A stretch of 64,000 nucleotides of DNA, taken from Gemmatimonadota bacterium (lineage in GTDB: Bacteria; Gemmatimonadota; Gemmatimonadetes; Palauibacterales; Palauibacteraceae). Positions 26,768 through 36,611 of the stretch are shown piece by piece. Position 1 is the first letter of the stretch. Every line of letters starts with the position of its first letter. The stretch lies in contig OZ220691.1 of NCBI GenBank assembly GCA_965116475.1, positions 1,120,001-1,184,000 on the forward strand. The letters run 5' to 3'. A program made the position numbers and the translations under genes. The notes below the pieces were generated by a model. It was not told the DNA's origin, made no database searches, and was given only the letters and a program-made list of their open reading frames with translations.

Positions 26768-27103
26768 CTAGCTGAAGCTCGCCTGAGCTTCTTCGACCGT
26801 ATCGAAGACCTTCGTCAGCCGCACGAAACCGCTGACCTCCAGCACTTCGAGGATATTCTCCGGGACCTGGCACAGGGCGAGCCCGCCGCCGGCCTGGTTG
26901 GTCTTGCGGATGGCGATCAGCAGCGCCCGCAACCCGGCACTGCTGATGTAGCGCAGGCTCCCGCAATCCAGGACCAGGTTGGTCGCTCCGCCATCGATGA
27001 TGCCGGAGAGCTCCCCGTCGAAGTCCTTGGCGTTGCTGGAGTCTACGCGCCCGCTGACCACCCCTACGGCGGTATCTCCCGAATAGCTGGTCTCAATGTT
27101 CAT
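26768..27103 (-). CDS. STAS-domain anti-sigma factor antagonist (RsbV/SpoIIAA-like)
   Basis: SGRVDS, LVLDCGSLRYISSAGLRALL (phosphoacceptor Ser), EVLEVSGF. Confidence 0.9.
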   Translation of the reverse strand: MNIETSYSGDTAVGVVSGRVDSSNAKDFDGELSGIIDGGATNLVLDCGSLRYISSAGLRALLIAIRKTNQAGGGLALCQVPENILEVLEVSGFVRLTKVFDTVEEAQASFS

Positions 27104-27536
27104 CTGGCGATTCCTCGCTTCCGGCAGCCCCCAGCGGCTGCCTTAGGGTAAGGCAGTTGAAACCCTCGACCCGCTCGTACGCAAGCGTATCAATAAAAGA
27201 CTTCGTAAGGTGGATGCCAAGCCCCCCGATGGGACGATCCTCTGCTGCAAGGCTTACGTCGGGAATCTCCGCGTCCTCAAGTGGGTTGAAGGCTCGGCCG
27301 TTGTCTCGAATCGTGATCTCAATGTCGGCGTCTCCGAGGCGAATGTCCACCGTGATGACCGGATCCTCCGTAATTCCCTCGAATCCGTAGGAGATGACGT
27401 TCGTCAGAAGTTCATCCAGCGAGAGCTGAAACCGGAAGATGATGTCCTGGGAAATCGCGCGCTCGACGCAGAAGCGTTCGACCTCGTCCACCACGCGACG
27501 TGGCTCGCTCGGGTCCGGTTTGACGGCGATCCGCAC
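27093..27536 (-). CDS. Anti-sigma factor Ser/Thr kinase (RsbW-like, HATPase_c_2); start uncertain
   Basis: LSLDELLTNVISYG, IRDNGRAFNPL, RPIGGLGIHL. Confidence 0.85.
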   Translation of the reverse strand: MRIAVKPDPSEPRRVVDEVERFCVERAISQDIIFRFQLSLDELLTNVISYGFEGITEDPVITVDIRLGDADIEITIRDNGRAFNPLEDAEIPDVSLAAEDRPIGGLGIHLTKSFIDTLAYERVEGFNCLTLRQPLGAAGSEESPDEH

Positions 27537-27769
27537 TCCCGCTCCGCTCCTGTTGGCTGGCTGTCTGCTCGCTGTCCCGGGCGCCCCCGGCGCCGTAACC
27601 ACGCACGCGCCCGAGGTTCGACATATTGCGCGGCCGGTCCCCGGTTGTGGAGATTCCCGCACCGTGGCGGGGACCCCCGCGCGAAATCGACAGAGACGAT
27701 GACGACTGGACGCGGTTTCGGACAAGGGCAGGGACCGATGACCGACGATTCACCTCAACCGAGGCCTCG

Positions 27770-28927
27770 ATGCCGAAGATCCTGGTAGTAGACGACGAAC
27801 CCGATCTGGAACTGCTGCTCCGGCAGAAGTTCCGGCGCCGGATCCGCTCGGGCGAATTCACGCTGGTCTTCGCCCAGAACGGGGTCGAAGCCCTCGCGGA
27901 ACTCGACGAACACGATGACGTCGACGTCGTGCTCTCCGACATCAACATGCCCGAGATGGACGGCCTCACCCTCCTGGCGCAGCTCGGCGAGCTCGACCAC
28001 GATCTCCGCGCCGTGATGGTGACGGCCTACGGCGACATGAAGAACATCCGCACCGCCATGAACCGCGGCGCCTTCGACTTCGTCACCAAGCCGATCGACT
28101 TCGGCGATCTCGAAACGACGATCGCCAAGACCCTGGAACACCTCGCCGTGATGCGGGCCGCGCTGCGCGACCGGGACGCGCTGGTGGCGCTGCGCCAGGA
28201 ACTCGGCGTGGCGGCGAGGATGCAGGAGTCGATCCTGCCGACGAACTACCCCAACGACCCGCGCTACGAGCTTCACGCGTGGATGACGCCGGCCCGCGAA
28301 GTCGGAGGGGATTTCTACGATTTCTTCCGCCTCGAGGAAGACCACATGGCGATCGTCATGGCCGATGTCTCGGGCAAGGGCGTGCCGGCGGCCTTCTTCA
28401 TGATGGTGAGCCGGACGCTGCTCAAGGGGACGGCGATCGGCGAGGCGGACCCCTCGATCTGTCTCGATGAGGTGAACCGGCTTCTCATCAACGAGAACGA
28501 GGAGTCCATGTTCGTGACCCTCTTCTACACCAAGTTCAATCCCGTGAACGGCCAGGCCACGTTCGCGAACGCGGGGCACAACCTTCCGTTCCTCATCAAG
28601 GCGTCGGGAGAGGTCGAGCAGATCGTCTCGGATCCGGGGCTCGTCCTCGGGATCATGTCGGGGGTGGACTTCCCCAAGGGGTCGATCACGCTCGAGCCGG
28701 GCGATGCCGTGTTCTTCTACACGGACGGCGTGACGGAGGCGATGAACGAGGAGGGCGTCGAACTCGGCGAAAAGGAGCTGGCCGAGGTGCTGGGCGAATG
28801 CCACGGCGCGTCCGCGGAAGACATCAACCGTCACGTGATCCGCGCGGTGCAGGAACATGCGGGAGAGGCGGACCAGTCGGACGACATCACGTGCCTGACG
28901 CTGCGGTACCTGGGGGCGCCGGCCTGA
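27770..28927 (+). CDS. Response regulator receiver + PP2C/SpoIIE phosphatase (RsbU/RsbP-like)
   Basis: KILVVDDE, LSDINMP, TKP; EVGGDFYD, ADVSGKG, NAGHN, YTDGVTEA, QSDDIT. Confidence 0.92.
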   Translation: MPKILVVDDEPDLELLLRQKFRRRIRSGEFTLVFAQNGVEALAELDEHDDVDVVLSDINMPEMDGLTLLAQLGELDHDLRAVMVTAYGDMKNIRTAMNRGAFDFVTKPIDFGDLETTIAKTLEHLAVMRAALRDRDALVALRQELGVAARMQESILPTNYPNDPRYELHAWMTPAREVGGDFYDFFRLEEDHMAIVMADVSGKGVPAAFFMMVSRTLLKGTAIGEADPSICLDEVNRLLINENEESMFVTLFYTKFNPVNGQATFANAGHNLPFLIKASGEVEQIVSDPGLVLGIMSGVDFPKGSITLEPGDAVFFYTDGVTEAMNEEGVELGEKELAEVLGECHGASAEDINRHVIRAVQEHAGEADQSDDITCLTLRYLGAPA

Positions 28928-30105
28928 TGCGGCGCCGGTCGTTCGCGCTCGCGGCCGTCGTGGCGGCCGGTACGCTGCCCGGCCCCATAATGTCGCAGCA
29001 GGGCGAAGCTCCGACCGAGGGCGTGTACGCCGATTCCATCGTCTTCGGCCAGTCCGCGGCCCTCGAAGGACCCGCGGGCGAACTGGGCCGCAACATGCAC
29101 CTCGGCATCCGGGCCGCGTTCGAGGAGGCCAATCGGGAGGGCGGCGTGCACGGGCGGGCCCTCCGCCTCATCGTCCGCGACGACGGCTACGAGCCCGAAC
29201 CCGCCGTCGCCAACACGCAGGCACTCATCGAACACGGCGTGTTCGGCCTCATCGGCGCCGTCGGCACGCCGACCTCCGCCGCCGCGGAACCCGGCGCGAG
29301 CGACCAGGGCGTCCCCTACATCGGGGCGTTCACGGGCGCCGGCCTGCTGAGGGGCCCGGACCAGCGTTACGTCGTCAACCTGCGCGCCTCCTACGACCAG
29401 GAGACGGAGGAGATGGTGGAGCGCCTCGTGGAGGATCTCGGCTTCGAGCGCATCGCGGTCTTCTACCAGGATGACAACTACGGGCTGGCCGGCCTGACGG
29501 GCGTCCGCCGCGCGATGGACGCGCTCGGCATGGCACTCGTCAGCGAGGCCCCCTACATGCGGAACACGCGGGCCGTGAAGCGCGGGCTCCTCGACATCCA
29601 GGCCGGCAACCCCCAGGCCGTCATCATCATCGGCGCGTACATCCCCGTGGCGCACTTCATCCGGTGGGCGCGGAAGATCGGCCTCGACGCCCTGTTCGTG
29701 AACATCTCCTTCGTCGGCAGCTACGCCCTCCTCGACGAGCTGGGCCGCGCCGGAGACGGCGTCGTGGTGACGCAGGTCGTGCCCTTCCCGCGCGACCCGA
29801 GCGTGCCCGTGGTGGCGCGCTACCAGGCCGCGCTGCGGGCGGTCGACCCTGCCGCCCGCCCAGGCTTCGTGTCGCTTGAGGGCTATCTGGCCGGACGGCT
29901 GGTCGTCGAGGCGCTGGCGGCCGGCGATCCGGAAGCCCGGCCGACGCGGGAGTCCTTCCTCCGCACGCTGACGGAATCCGGCCCCATCGACCTCGGCGGG
30001 TTCACGGTCGAATACGGGGTGGAAGACAACCAGGGTTCGGACCTCGTGTTCCTGACCGTGATTCGGGAGGGCGAGTTCGTTCCCGTGACCCGGCTCTCCC
30101 GGTGA
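28927..30105 (+). CDS. Periplasmic ligand-binding protein (type 1 PBP, leucine-binding-like), no cognate permease nearby
   Basis: FGQSAALEGPA..LG, GGVHGR, DDGYEP, GAVGTPT, NLRASY..E, YQDDNYG; TGATG overlap with upstream gene. Confidence 0.85.
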   Translation: MRRRSFALAAVVAAGTLPGPIMSQQGEAPTEGVYADSIVFGQSAALEGPAGELGRNMHLGIRAAFEEANREGGVHGRALRLIVRDDGYEPEPAVANTQALIEHGVFGLIGAVGTPTSAAAEPGASDQGVPYIGAFTGAGLLRGPDQRYVVNLRASYDQETEEMVERLVEDLGFERIAVFYQDDNYGLAGLTGVRRAMDALGMALVSEAPYMRNTRAVKRGLLDIQAGNPQAVIIIGAYIPVAHFIRWARKIGLDALFVNISFVGSYALLDELGRAGDGVVVTQVVPFPRDPSVPVVARYQAALRAVDPAARPGFVSLEGYLAGRLVVEALAAGDPEARPTRESFLRTLTESGPIDLGGFTVEYGVEDNQGSDLVFLTVIREGEFVPVTRLSR

Positions 30106-32330
30106 GTACCGCGGGCCCTCCGGTGAAACAGAGCGACGAGCGCATCCACCGCGCCTTCGAGTGGGCCCTGGCCCGGCTTCCCGGCCGGATCGGGGCGCGG
30201 GCGCGGGACGCGACCGGCGGCCGGTTCGGCATCGGCAGCCAGATCGTCGTCGGGCTGGGGGGCGGCGTGCTCCTGACGATCAGCGCCATCCTGCTCGCGC
30301 TCATCCTGATGACCATCGTGGAGCGGGGACAGAGCGAGGTCACGCAGGAGCAGATCCCTTCGCTCCTCGCGGGCCACCGCGTGACGCAGCACAGCGAGGG
30401 GCTCCTGCGCGCATCCCCGCAGCTCCTGTCGGCCGCCGACCCCGCGACGCTGGCCGATGTCCGGGCCGCCGTCCTGCTGGAACAGGACAGCCTCCAGTAC
30501 TGGGTCGGGGAGGTCGGCGGCGGCGCGGGCATGGATGCGGATGTCGCGGGCCTGGCCGAAGACCTCGTGGCGAACATCAACGAGATCTACGAGTCGGTCA
30601 ACAACCGGATGACCTACAACGCCCAGCTCACCGAGATGGCGGCGGTCGTCGAGGAGACCGGACTCCGTCTCCAGTCGGTGCTCGAGGAGGCGATCGACGA
30701 CCAGTACTTCTTCATGCGCACGGGGCTCCGCGAACTGACGGACGTGCCGGCGCCGGTGTCCCAGCGCCAGGCGTCCGACGAAATCGAGCAGCTTGACGGC
30801 CTCCTGAACTTCAAGGCGTCGCAGAACCAGGCGATCACGCTCATCCAGCAGGCCTTCACCGAGACCGAGGCGGAGCAGTTGCTCGCCAACCAGGGGCGCG
30901 TGGAGACCGCTCTTCGCGATGTGCGGGCGACGCTGCCCAGGATCCGCCCGCTCCTGAGGGAGACGCTGGCCGACGCGGTGAGCATCCCCAGCGAGCTGTA
31001 CGGAGGTCCCGGCGGCATTTTCCAGACCCGGCGGCGGGAACTGGAGGAGATCGGCCTGGCCGAGGAGCTGCTCGAGCGCAACCGGCAGACGACGGCGGAA
31101 CTCGACGTCGGGGTCCGGGCGCTCATGGAACGCGTCGAGGAGACCGCCCGGGACGCGGCCAGCCGCTCCGAGTTCCTCGTGCAGCTCGGGTTCTGGTTCC
31201 TCCTCGCCGTGATCCTGTTCACCATCGGCGCGGCCCGCGTCGCCTGGAAGACGTTCGGCCGCTCGCTCATCGTTCGGCTGAGCAGCCTGTTCGCAACCAC
31301 GCGGCGCATGTCGGAGGGCGACCTCGAAGTGAAGGTGGAGGTCGAGGGCAACGACGAGGTCACCGACATGGCGCAGGCGCTCGAGGTGTTCCGGAAGCAC
31401 GCCCTCGAGGTGCAGAGGCTGAACCTGGTCGAGAAGCTGGCGCAGGAGGTGCAGACGAAGAACGAGGCGCTGGAGCAGACGCTCGACGACCTCCGGCGTA
31501 CGCAGGAACAGGTCATCACGCAGGAGAAGCTGGCCTCGCTGGGCGCCCTCACGGCGGGGGTCGCCCACGAGATCCGCAACCCGCTCAACTTCGTGAACAA
31601 CTTCGCGGTGCTCTCGAAGGAACTGATCGAGGAACTGCAGGAGGAGATGAAAGAGGTCGCGGAGGGGAACGCGGAGCTGGATCGCGAGTTCATCGACGAG
31701 GTGCTCGGCGACCTGGACATGAACGTGACCAAGGTGCGGGAACACGGCGGCCGGGCCGACCGCATCGTGGAGGGAATGCTGGCTCATTCGCGGGACGAAG
31801 CCGGCGCCGCGGAGACCATCGACGTCAACCAGCTCATCGATGAGTACGCGAAGCTCGCCTACCACGGCCTGCGCGGCACGGACTCCTCGTTCAACGTGAC
31901 GCTGGACCGGGACTTCGATGACGAAGCCGGCGAGATCACCGGTATCGCCCGCGACTTGAGCCGGGTCTTCCTGAACATCGTGACCAACGCCTGCCACGCG
32001 ACGGCCGCCCGCAAGGAGGAAGAGGAGGACGCCGACTATTCTCCCACCGTCGCCCTCAAGACGAGGGGCTTCGAAGACCACGTCATCGTGTCGATTCGGG
32101 ACAACGGCACCGGGATTCCGGACTCCATCGTCCGGAAGATCTTCGAACCGTTCTTCACGACGAAGTCGGGTACGCAGGGAACCGGGCTCGGGCTGTCGAT
32201 CTCCCGCGACATCGTCGTCGGCCACGGAGGCCAGCTCGAGGTGGAGAGCGAGCCCGGCGAGTTCACCGAGTTCCGGGTCAAGCTGCTCCGCGAGAGCAAC
32301 ATTTCCGAAGTGGCGGCAGCCGTGACATGA
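30102..32330 (+). CDS. HAMP-domain sensor histidine kinase with large helical periplasmic domain (TorS-like)
   Basis: Two TMs, HAMP (GDL...GNDEVTDMAQAL), H-box AHEIRNPLNF, N-box NIVTNA, DNGTG, FEPFFTTK, GTGLGL. Confidence 0.9.
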   Translation: MSTAGPPVKQSDERIHRAFEWALARLPGRIGARARDATGGRFGIGSQIVVGLGGGVLLTISAILLALILMTIVERGQSEVTQEQIPSLLAGHRVTQHSEGLLRASPQLLSAADPATLADVRAAVLLEQDSLQYWVGEVGGGAGMDADVAGLAEDLVANINEIYESVNNRMTYNAQLTEMAAVVEETGLRLQSVLEEAIDDQYFFMRTGLRELTDVPAPVSQRQASDEIEQLDGLLNFKASQNQAITLIQQAFTETEAEQLLANQGRVETALRDVRATLPRIRPLLRETLADAVSIPSELYGGPGGIFQTRRRELEEIGLAEELLERNRQTTAELDVGVRALMERVEETARDAASRSEFLVQLGFWFLLAVILFTIGAARVAWKTFGRSLIVRLSSLFATTRRMSEGDLEVKVEVEGNDEVTDMAQALEVFRKHALEVQRLNLVEKLAQEVQTKNEALEQTLDDLRRTQEQVITQEKLASLGALTAGVAHEIRNPLNFVNNFAVLSKELIEELQEEMKEVAEGNAELDREFIDEVLGDLDMNVTKVREHGGRADRIVEGMLAHSRDEAGAAETIDVNQLIDEYAKLAYHGLRGTDSSFNVTLDRDFDDEAGEITGIARDLSRVFLNIVTNACHATAARKEEEEDADYSPTVALKTRGFEDHVIVSIRDNGTGIPDSIVRKIFEPFFTTKSGTQGTGLGLSISRDIVVGHGGQLEVESEPGEFTEFRVKLLRESNISEVAAAVT

Positions 32331-32343
32331 GGGTTCGCCGCAT

Positions 32344-32384
32344 GGATCATGATGGATCATGGAGGGATCACGGAGGGATCATGA
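32344..32384. repeat. Imperfect tandem repeat of GGATCA(T/C)G units just upstream of the amidohydrolase start
   Basis: ggatcatgat-ggatcatggag-ggatcacggag-ggatcatga. Confidence 0.6.
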
Positions 32385-34039
32385 GAACGAAAAAGTATTG
32401 TCGGCTCACGCTGGCGGCGGCCGGGGTCTTCCTCTTCGGCCTCTTCGGCGCGGGATCGCTGCTCGCGCAGGACGGACGCCCGGAAACGACTCCTCGCGGC
32501 GACGACGAGGGCGACGGCCCCTACGACCGTCTGATCCTCCGCGGCGTCACGATCATCGATGGTACGGGCGCGCCGCCTCAGGGCCCCGTGGACATCGTCA
32601 TCGAGGGCGACCGCATCGCCTCCGTCAACACCGTCGGCTTCCCGGGACTCGACATCAACGAGGATCGGCGGCCCGACGTGGAAGTCGAGGATGATCCCGA
32701 CGCGATCGTGCACGAGATCGACCTCTCCGGACACTTCGTCATGCCCGGCTTCGTCGACATGCACGCGCACACCGGCGGCTTCCCCAAGGCGCCGCAGCCC
32801 GAGTACGTCTACAAGCTGTGGATGGGGCACGGGATCACGACTTCCCGCGGCGTGGGCCACGGGCCGATGATGTGGTCGCTCGGAGAGAAGGCGAAGGCGG
32901 CCCGCAACGAGATCGTCGCCCCGCGCATGTACACCTACGTGCGGCCCGGCGAGGCCTGGGAACAGGGTCCGGTGAATTCGCCCGAGACGGCGCGCGAGTG
33001 GGTGCGCTGGGCCGCGGCGCAGGAGGTCGAGGGACAGAGGATCGACGGACTCAAGCTGGGCTCCTACGACCCGCCGATCATGGAGGCGCTCATCGACGAG
33101 GCCAAGCAACACGGGCTCGGCACCGTGGCCCACCTCGGCCAGATGGGCGTGGGGCGGATGACCGCGCTCGACGCGGCCGAGATCGGGCTCGACATGATGA
33201 CCCACTACTACGGCCTGTTCGAGTCGATGCTGTCCGACTACAGCGTCCAGGACTGGCCGCTCGACTACAACTACCAGAACGAGCAGCACCGCTTCGGCAA
33301 CGTGGCCCGGCTGTGGGATCAGGTCGACGGCCCCGGCTCGGAGAGTTGGAACGCGCTGCAGGAGCGCTTCCTTGAACTCGGGTTCGGGATCGATCCGACG
33401 ATGACGATCTACGAGGCGAGCCGCGACGTGATGGCCGCCCGCAACGCGGACTGGCACGAGGAGTACACGCTCCCCAGCCAGTGGGACTTCTATCAGCCGA
33501 GCCGCGCCGCGCACGGCTCCTACTGGTTCTACTGGGGCACGGAGGAAGAGATCGCGTGGCGGAACTTCTACAAGGTGTGGATGCAGTTCCTCAACGAGTA
33601 CAAGAACCGCGGCGGCCGGGTGACGACGGGCTCGGACTCGGGTTTCATCTACAAGCTGTACGGCTTCGACTACATCCGGGAATTCGAACTGCTGCGTGAG
33701 GCCGGATTCCACCCGGTGGAGGTCATCCGCTCGGCCACGCTGCACGGGGCGCAGGAGTTGAACGACCCCAGGGGACTCCCGCCCGACTTCGGGATGATCC
33801 GCCCCGGACTCAAGGCCGATTTCGTCGTCGTCGAGGAGAACCCGCTTCAGAACCTCAAGGTTCTGTACGGAAACGGCGCGGTGAAGCTCAACGACGAGAC
33901 CGGCGAGACGGAGCGCGTCGGCGGCATCAAGTACACGATCAAGGACGGCATCGTCTACGACGCGAAACAGTTGCTGGCCGACGTGCGCGAGATGGTGCGG
34001 GCGGCGAAGGCCGAACTCGCGACGCAGGACGACGGTTGA
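32381..34039 (+). CDS. Secreted metal-dependent amidohydrolase
   Basis: IIDGTG, VMPGFVDMHAH (HxH), TTGSDSG, GMIRPGLKAD, YTIKDG; signal peptide. Confidence 0.85.
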   Translation: MRTKKYCRLTLAAAGVFLFGLFGAGSLLAQDGRPETTPRGDDEGDGPYDRLILRGVTIIDGTGAPPQGPVDIVIEGDRIASVNTVGFPGLDINEDRRPDVEVEDDPDAIVHEIDLSGHFVMPGFVDMHAHTGGFPKAPQPEYVYKLWMGHGITTSRGVGHGPMMWSLGEKAKAARNEIVAPRMYTYVRPGEAWEQGPVNSPETAREWVRWAAAQEVEGQRIDGLKLGSYDPPIMEALIDEAKQHGLGTVAHLGQMGVGRMTALDAAEIGLDMMTHYYGLFESMLSDYSVQDWPLDYNYQNEQHRFGNVARLWDQVDGPGSESWNALQERFLELGFGIDPTMTIYEASRDVMAARNADWHEEYTLPSQWDFYQPSRAAHGSYWFYWGTEEEIAWRNFYKVWMQFLNEYKNRGGRVTTGSDSGFIYKLYGFDYIREFELLREAGFHPVEVIRSATLHGAQELNDPRGLPPDFGMIRPGLKADFVVVEENPLQNLKVLYGNGAVKLNDETGETERVGGIKYTIKDGIVYDAKQLLADVREMVRAAKAELATQDDG

Positions 34040-34677
34040 AATATACGCGCGGGATCGGGCTGCTCCTGGCGCTGGCCGCGTGCCGCGGCGACGCGGGCGA
34101 GGGGGAGGCGCGGACCGTCCAGCCCGGCGCTCCCGGCGAGGCCACGCGCGTCCTGACGGTGGAGGAGGCGGCGTCCCTCGAGCACGTCACGCACACCGAG
34201 GCGGACGTGCGCTTCATGCAGGGGATGATCCCGCACCACGCCCAGGCGCTTGAAATGGCCGCGCTCATTCCGGAGCGGGCGGACCACGAAGGCCTGCACC
34301 TGCTCGGGCGCCGGATCGAGATCTCCCAGCGGGACGAGATCGCGTGGATGACGCGCTGGCTCGAGCGGCGCGGCGAGACGGCTCCGATGGTGGGGGCCGA
34401 ACACGCGCACGGACTCGGCGAGGGCGAACTCATGCCGGGGATGCTGTCCCGCGAGGAGATGGACGCGCTCGCCGCGGCGCGGGGCTCCGCGTTCGACCGG
34501 CTCTTCCTCGAAGGCATGATCAAGCATCATCGGGGCGCGCTCATGATGGTGGCGGAACTGTTCGACAGTCCCGGCGGAGGTCAGGAGACCGAGATTTTTC
34601 GGTTCGCGGCGGATGTGGACGCGGACCAGGACATGGAGATCCTGCGCATGCGGGACCTGTTGAACACGATCCCATGA
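34036..34677 (+). CDS. DUF305 domain lipoprotein (ferritin-like)
   Basis: Lipobox LAAC; ADVRFMQGMIPHHAQALEM, MPGM, FDRLFLEGMIKHHRGA; TTG start overlaps upstream stop. Confidence 0.88.
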   Translation: MKYTRGIGLLLALAACRGDAGEGEARTVQPGAPGEATRVLTVEEAASLEHVTHTEADVRFMQGMIPHHAQALEMAALIPERADHEGLHLLGRRIEISQRDEIAWMTRWLERRGETAPMVGAEHAHGLGEGELMPGMLSREEMDALAAARGSAFDRLFLEGMIKHHRGALMMVAELFDSPGGGQETEIFRFAADVDADQDMEILRMRDLLNTIP

Positions 34678-34716
34678 CGGCTCATTTGGCGATTCACGGA
34701 GGCAGGAGGTAGGAAG

Positions 34717-36570
34717 ATGTCACGCAGAGAGACCCTGACGGAGTGGCGGCGCATCGGCCGCCCGGCGGCGGTGTTCCCCGTGTTGGCGTTCGGCTGGCTG
34801 GCCGGCGCGGACGCCCTGGCGGCGCAGGACCCGCCGCCACCCCCTCCGGAGGCCGTCTGGGAATGGGATCCGGACGATCCGCGCATCGGGCTCGCCCCGG
34901 GCCTCCACGATGCCGGCATGGCGATCGGCAACCTGGAGCGGCTGGTCAGCCTCCCGAAGCCCGATCCGTTCCTCACCGACGAGGCCGGCGGGCGCGGGCC
35001 GACGAACTCGGACATCGCCTTCCAGGGAGATCTCGTCTTCCAGGGCAGCTATTGGGGCTTCCAGGTGTTCGACGCCTCGGATCCCGCCCAGCCCGAACTC
35101 GTCGTCGCGGTCGTGTGCCCCGGAGGACAGGGCGACGTCAGCGTGCACGAGAACCTTCTCTTCATGTCGGTCCAGCAGGCGTCGGCCCGGCTCGACTGCG
35201 GCACGGAAGGGGTCCAGGACAGCGTCAGCACCGTCCGCCTGCAGGGGATCCGGATCTTCGACATCTCCGACATCGGGAATCCGCGCCAGGTGAAGACGGT
35301 GCAGACGTGCCGCGGCTCCCACACGCACACGCTCGTTACCGACCCCGGCGACGACTCGCACGTCTACATCTACGTTTCGGGGACGGGACGCGTCCGCTCG
35401 GGCAGCGAACTCGAAGGCTGCTCCGGCCTGCCGGCCGATGAGGACGAGAACACGGCGCTGTTCCGGATCGAGATCATCGAGGTGCCGGTGGATGCGCCCG
35501 AGAATGCCGAAGTCGTCAACATGCCGCGCATCTTCGCCGACTCCGAGACGGGGGACATCGCGGGCCTGTGGGCGGGAGGCGACCACGGCGAAGGCACGCA
35601 GTCGTCCCGTCTCACGAACCAGTGCCACGACATCACGGTGCGCTCGGATCTCGGACTCGCCGCCGGGGCCTGCTCGGGGAACGGGATCCTGCTCGACATC
35701 TCCGACCCCGAGAACCCGGTCCGCATCGACCAGGTCGTCGATCCGAACTTCGCCTACTGGCATTCGGCGACCTTCAACAACGACGGCACGGCAATCGTGT
35801 TCACGGACGAGTGGGGCGGCGGCGGAGCGCCTCGCTGCCGCGGCTCCGACCCGGAGACGTGGGGCGCCAACGCGATCTTCACGATCCGTGACCGCAAGAT
35901 GGAGCTGGCGGGCTACTACAAGCTGCCGGTGCCGCAGACGGAGCAGGAGAACTGCGTCGCCCACAACGGTTCCATGATCCCGGTGCCGGGCCGCGACATC
36001 ATGGTGCAGGGCTGGTACCAGGGCGGCCTCTCGATTTTCGACTTCACGGATCCGGAGAATCCGTTCGAGATCGCCTATTTCGACCGCGGCCCGCTGGACG
36101 CGGTGGAGATGCTGAGCGGCGGCTACTGGTCGGCGTACTGGCACAACGGTGCGATCTACGGCGCGGAAATCGCGCGCGGCGTGGACGTGTTCCAGCTCGC
36201 GGCCAGCGAGCACCTGTCGCAGGCGGAGATCGACGCGGCGATGTCCGTGATGGTCGGCGACTCCAACGTGCAGAACCAGGAGCGGTTCGATTGGCCCGCG
36301 AGTTTCGCCGTCGCCCGGTCGTACCTGATCCAGATGCAGCGCAGCAGCGGCATCCGGGCCGAGCGCGGCGAGCAGGTGGCATCGCTGCTCGACCTGGCGG
36401 AGAGCCAGTCCGGCGCCGAGCGGAACGCCACGCTCGATGACCTGAACGCGGTGGCCGCCGAACTCGACGAGGACGCGCGTCTCGCCGCCAATGCGGCGGG
36501 GCCGGGGGATGCCCCGCGCCTGGCGCTGCTGGCCGACGCGATCCGCGACCTGACGGCCTCGCTGCGCTGA
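34717..36570 (+). CDS. Secreted LVIVD-repeat protein
   Basis: NSDIAF, CPGGQGDVS, CRGSHTHT, QCHDI, LLDISDP, YWHSATF, DEWGGG, NCVAHNG. Confidence 0.8.
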   Translation: MSRRETLTEWRRIGRPAAVFPVLAFGWLAGADALAAQDPPPPPPEAVWEWDPDDPRIGLAPGLHDAGMAIGNLERLVSLPKPDPFLTDEAGGRGPTNSDIAFQGDLVFQGSYWGFQVFDASDPAQPELVVAVVCPGGQGDVSVHENLLFMSVQQASARLDCGTEGVQDSVSTVRLQGIRIFDISDIGNPRQVKTVQTCRGSHTHTLVTDPGDDSHVYIYVSGTGRVRSGSELEGCSGLPADEDENTALFRIEIIEVPVDAPENAEVVNMPRIFADSETGDIAGLWAGGDHGEGTQSSRLTNQCHDITVRSDLGLAAGACSGNGILLDISDPENPVRIDQVVDPNFAYWHSATFNNDGTAIVFTDEWGGGGAPRCRGSDPETWGANAIFTIRDRKMELAGYYKLPVPQTEQENCVAHNGSMIPVPGRDIMVQGWYQGGLSIFDFTDPENPFEIAYFDRGPLDAVEMLSGGYWSAYWHNGAIYGAEIARGVDVFQLAASEHLSQAEIDAAMSVMVGDSNVQNQERFDWPASFAVARSYLIQMQRSSGIRAERGEQVASLLDLAESQSGAERNATLDDLNAVAAELDEDARLAANAAGPGDAPRLALLADAIRDLTASLR

Positions 36571-36611
36571 GCCTGGCCCTTCGCAGGATGCTCCGGGGGT
36601 CTCGTGCGGCC

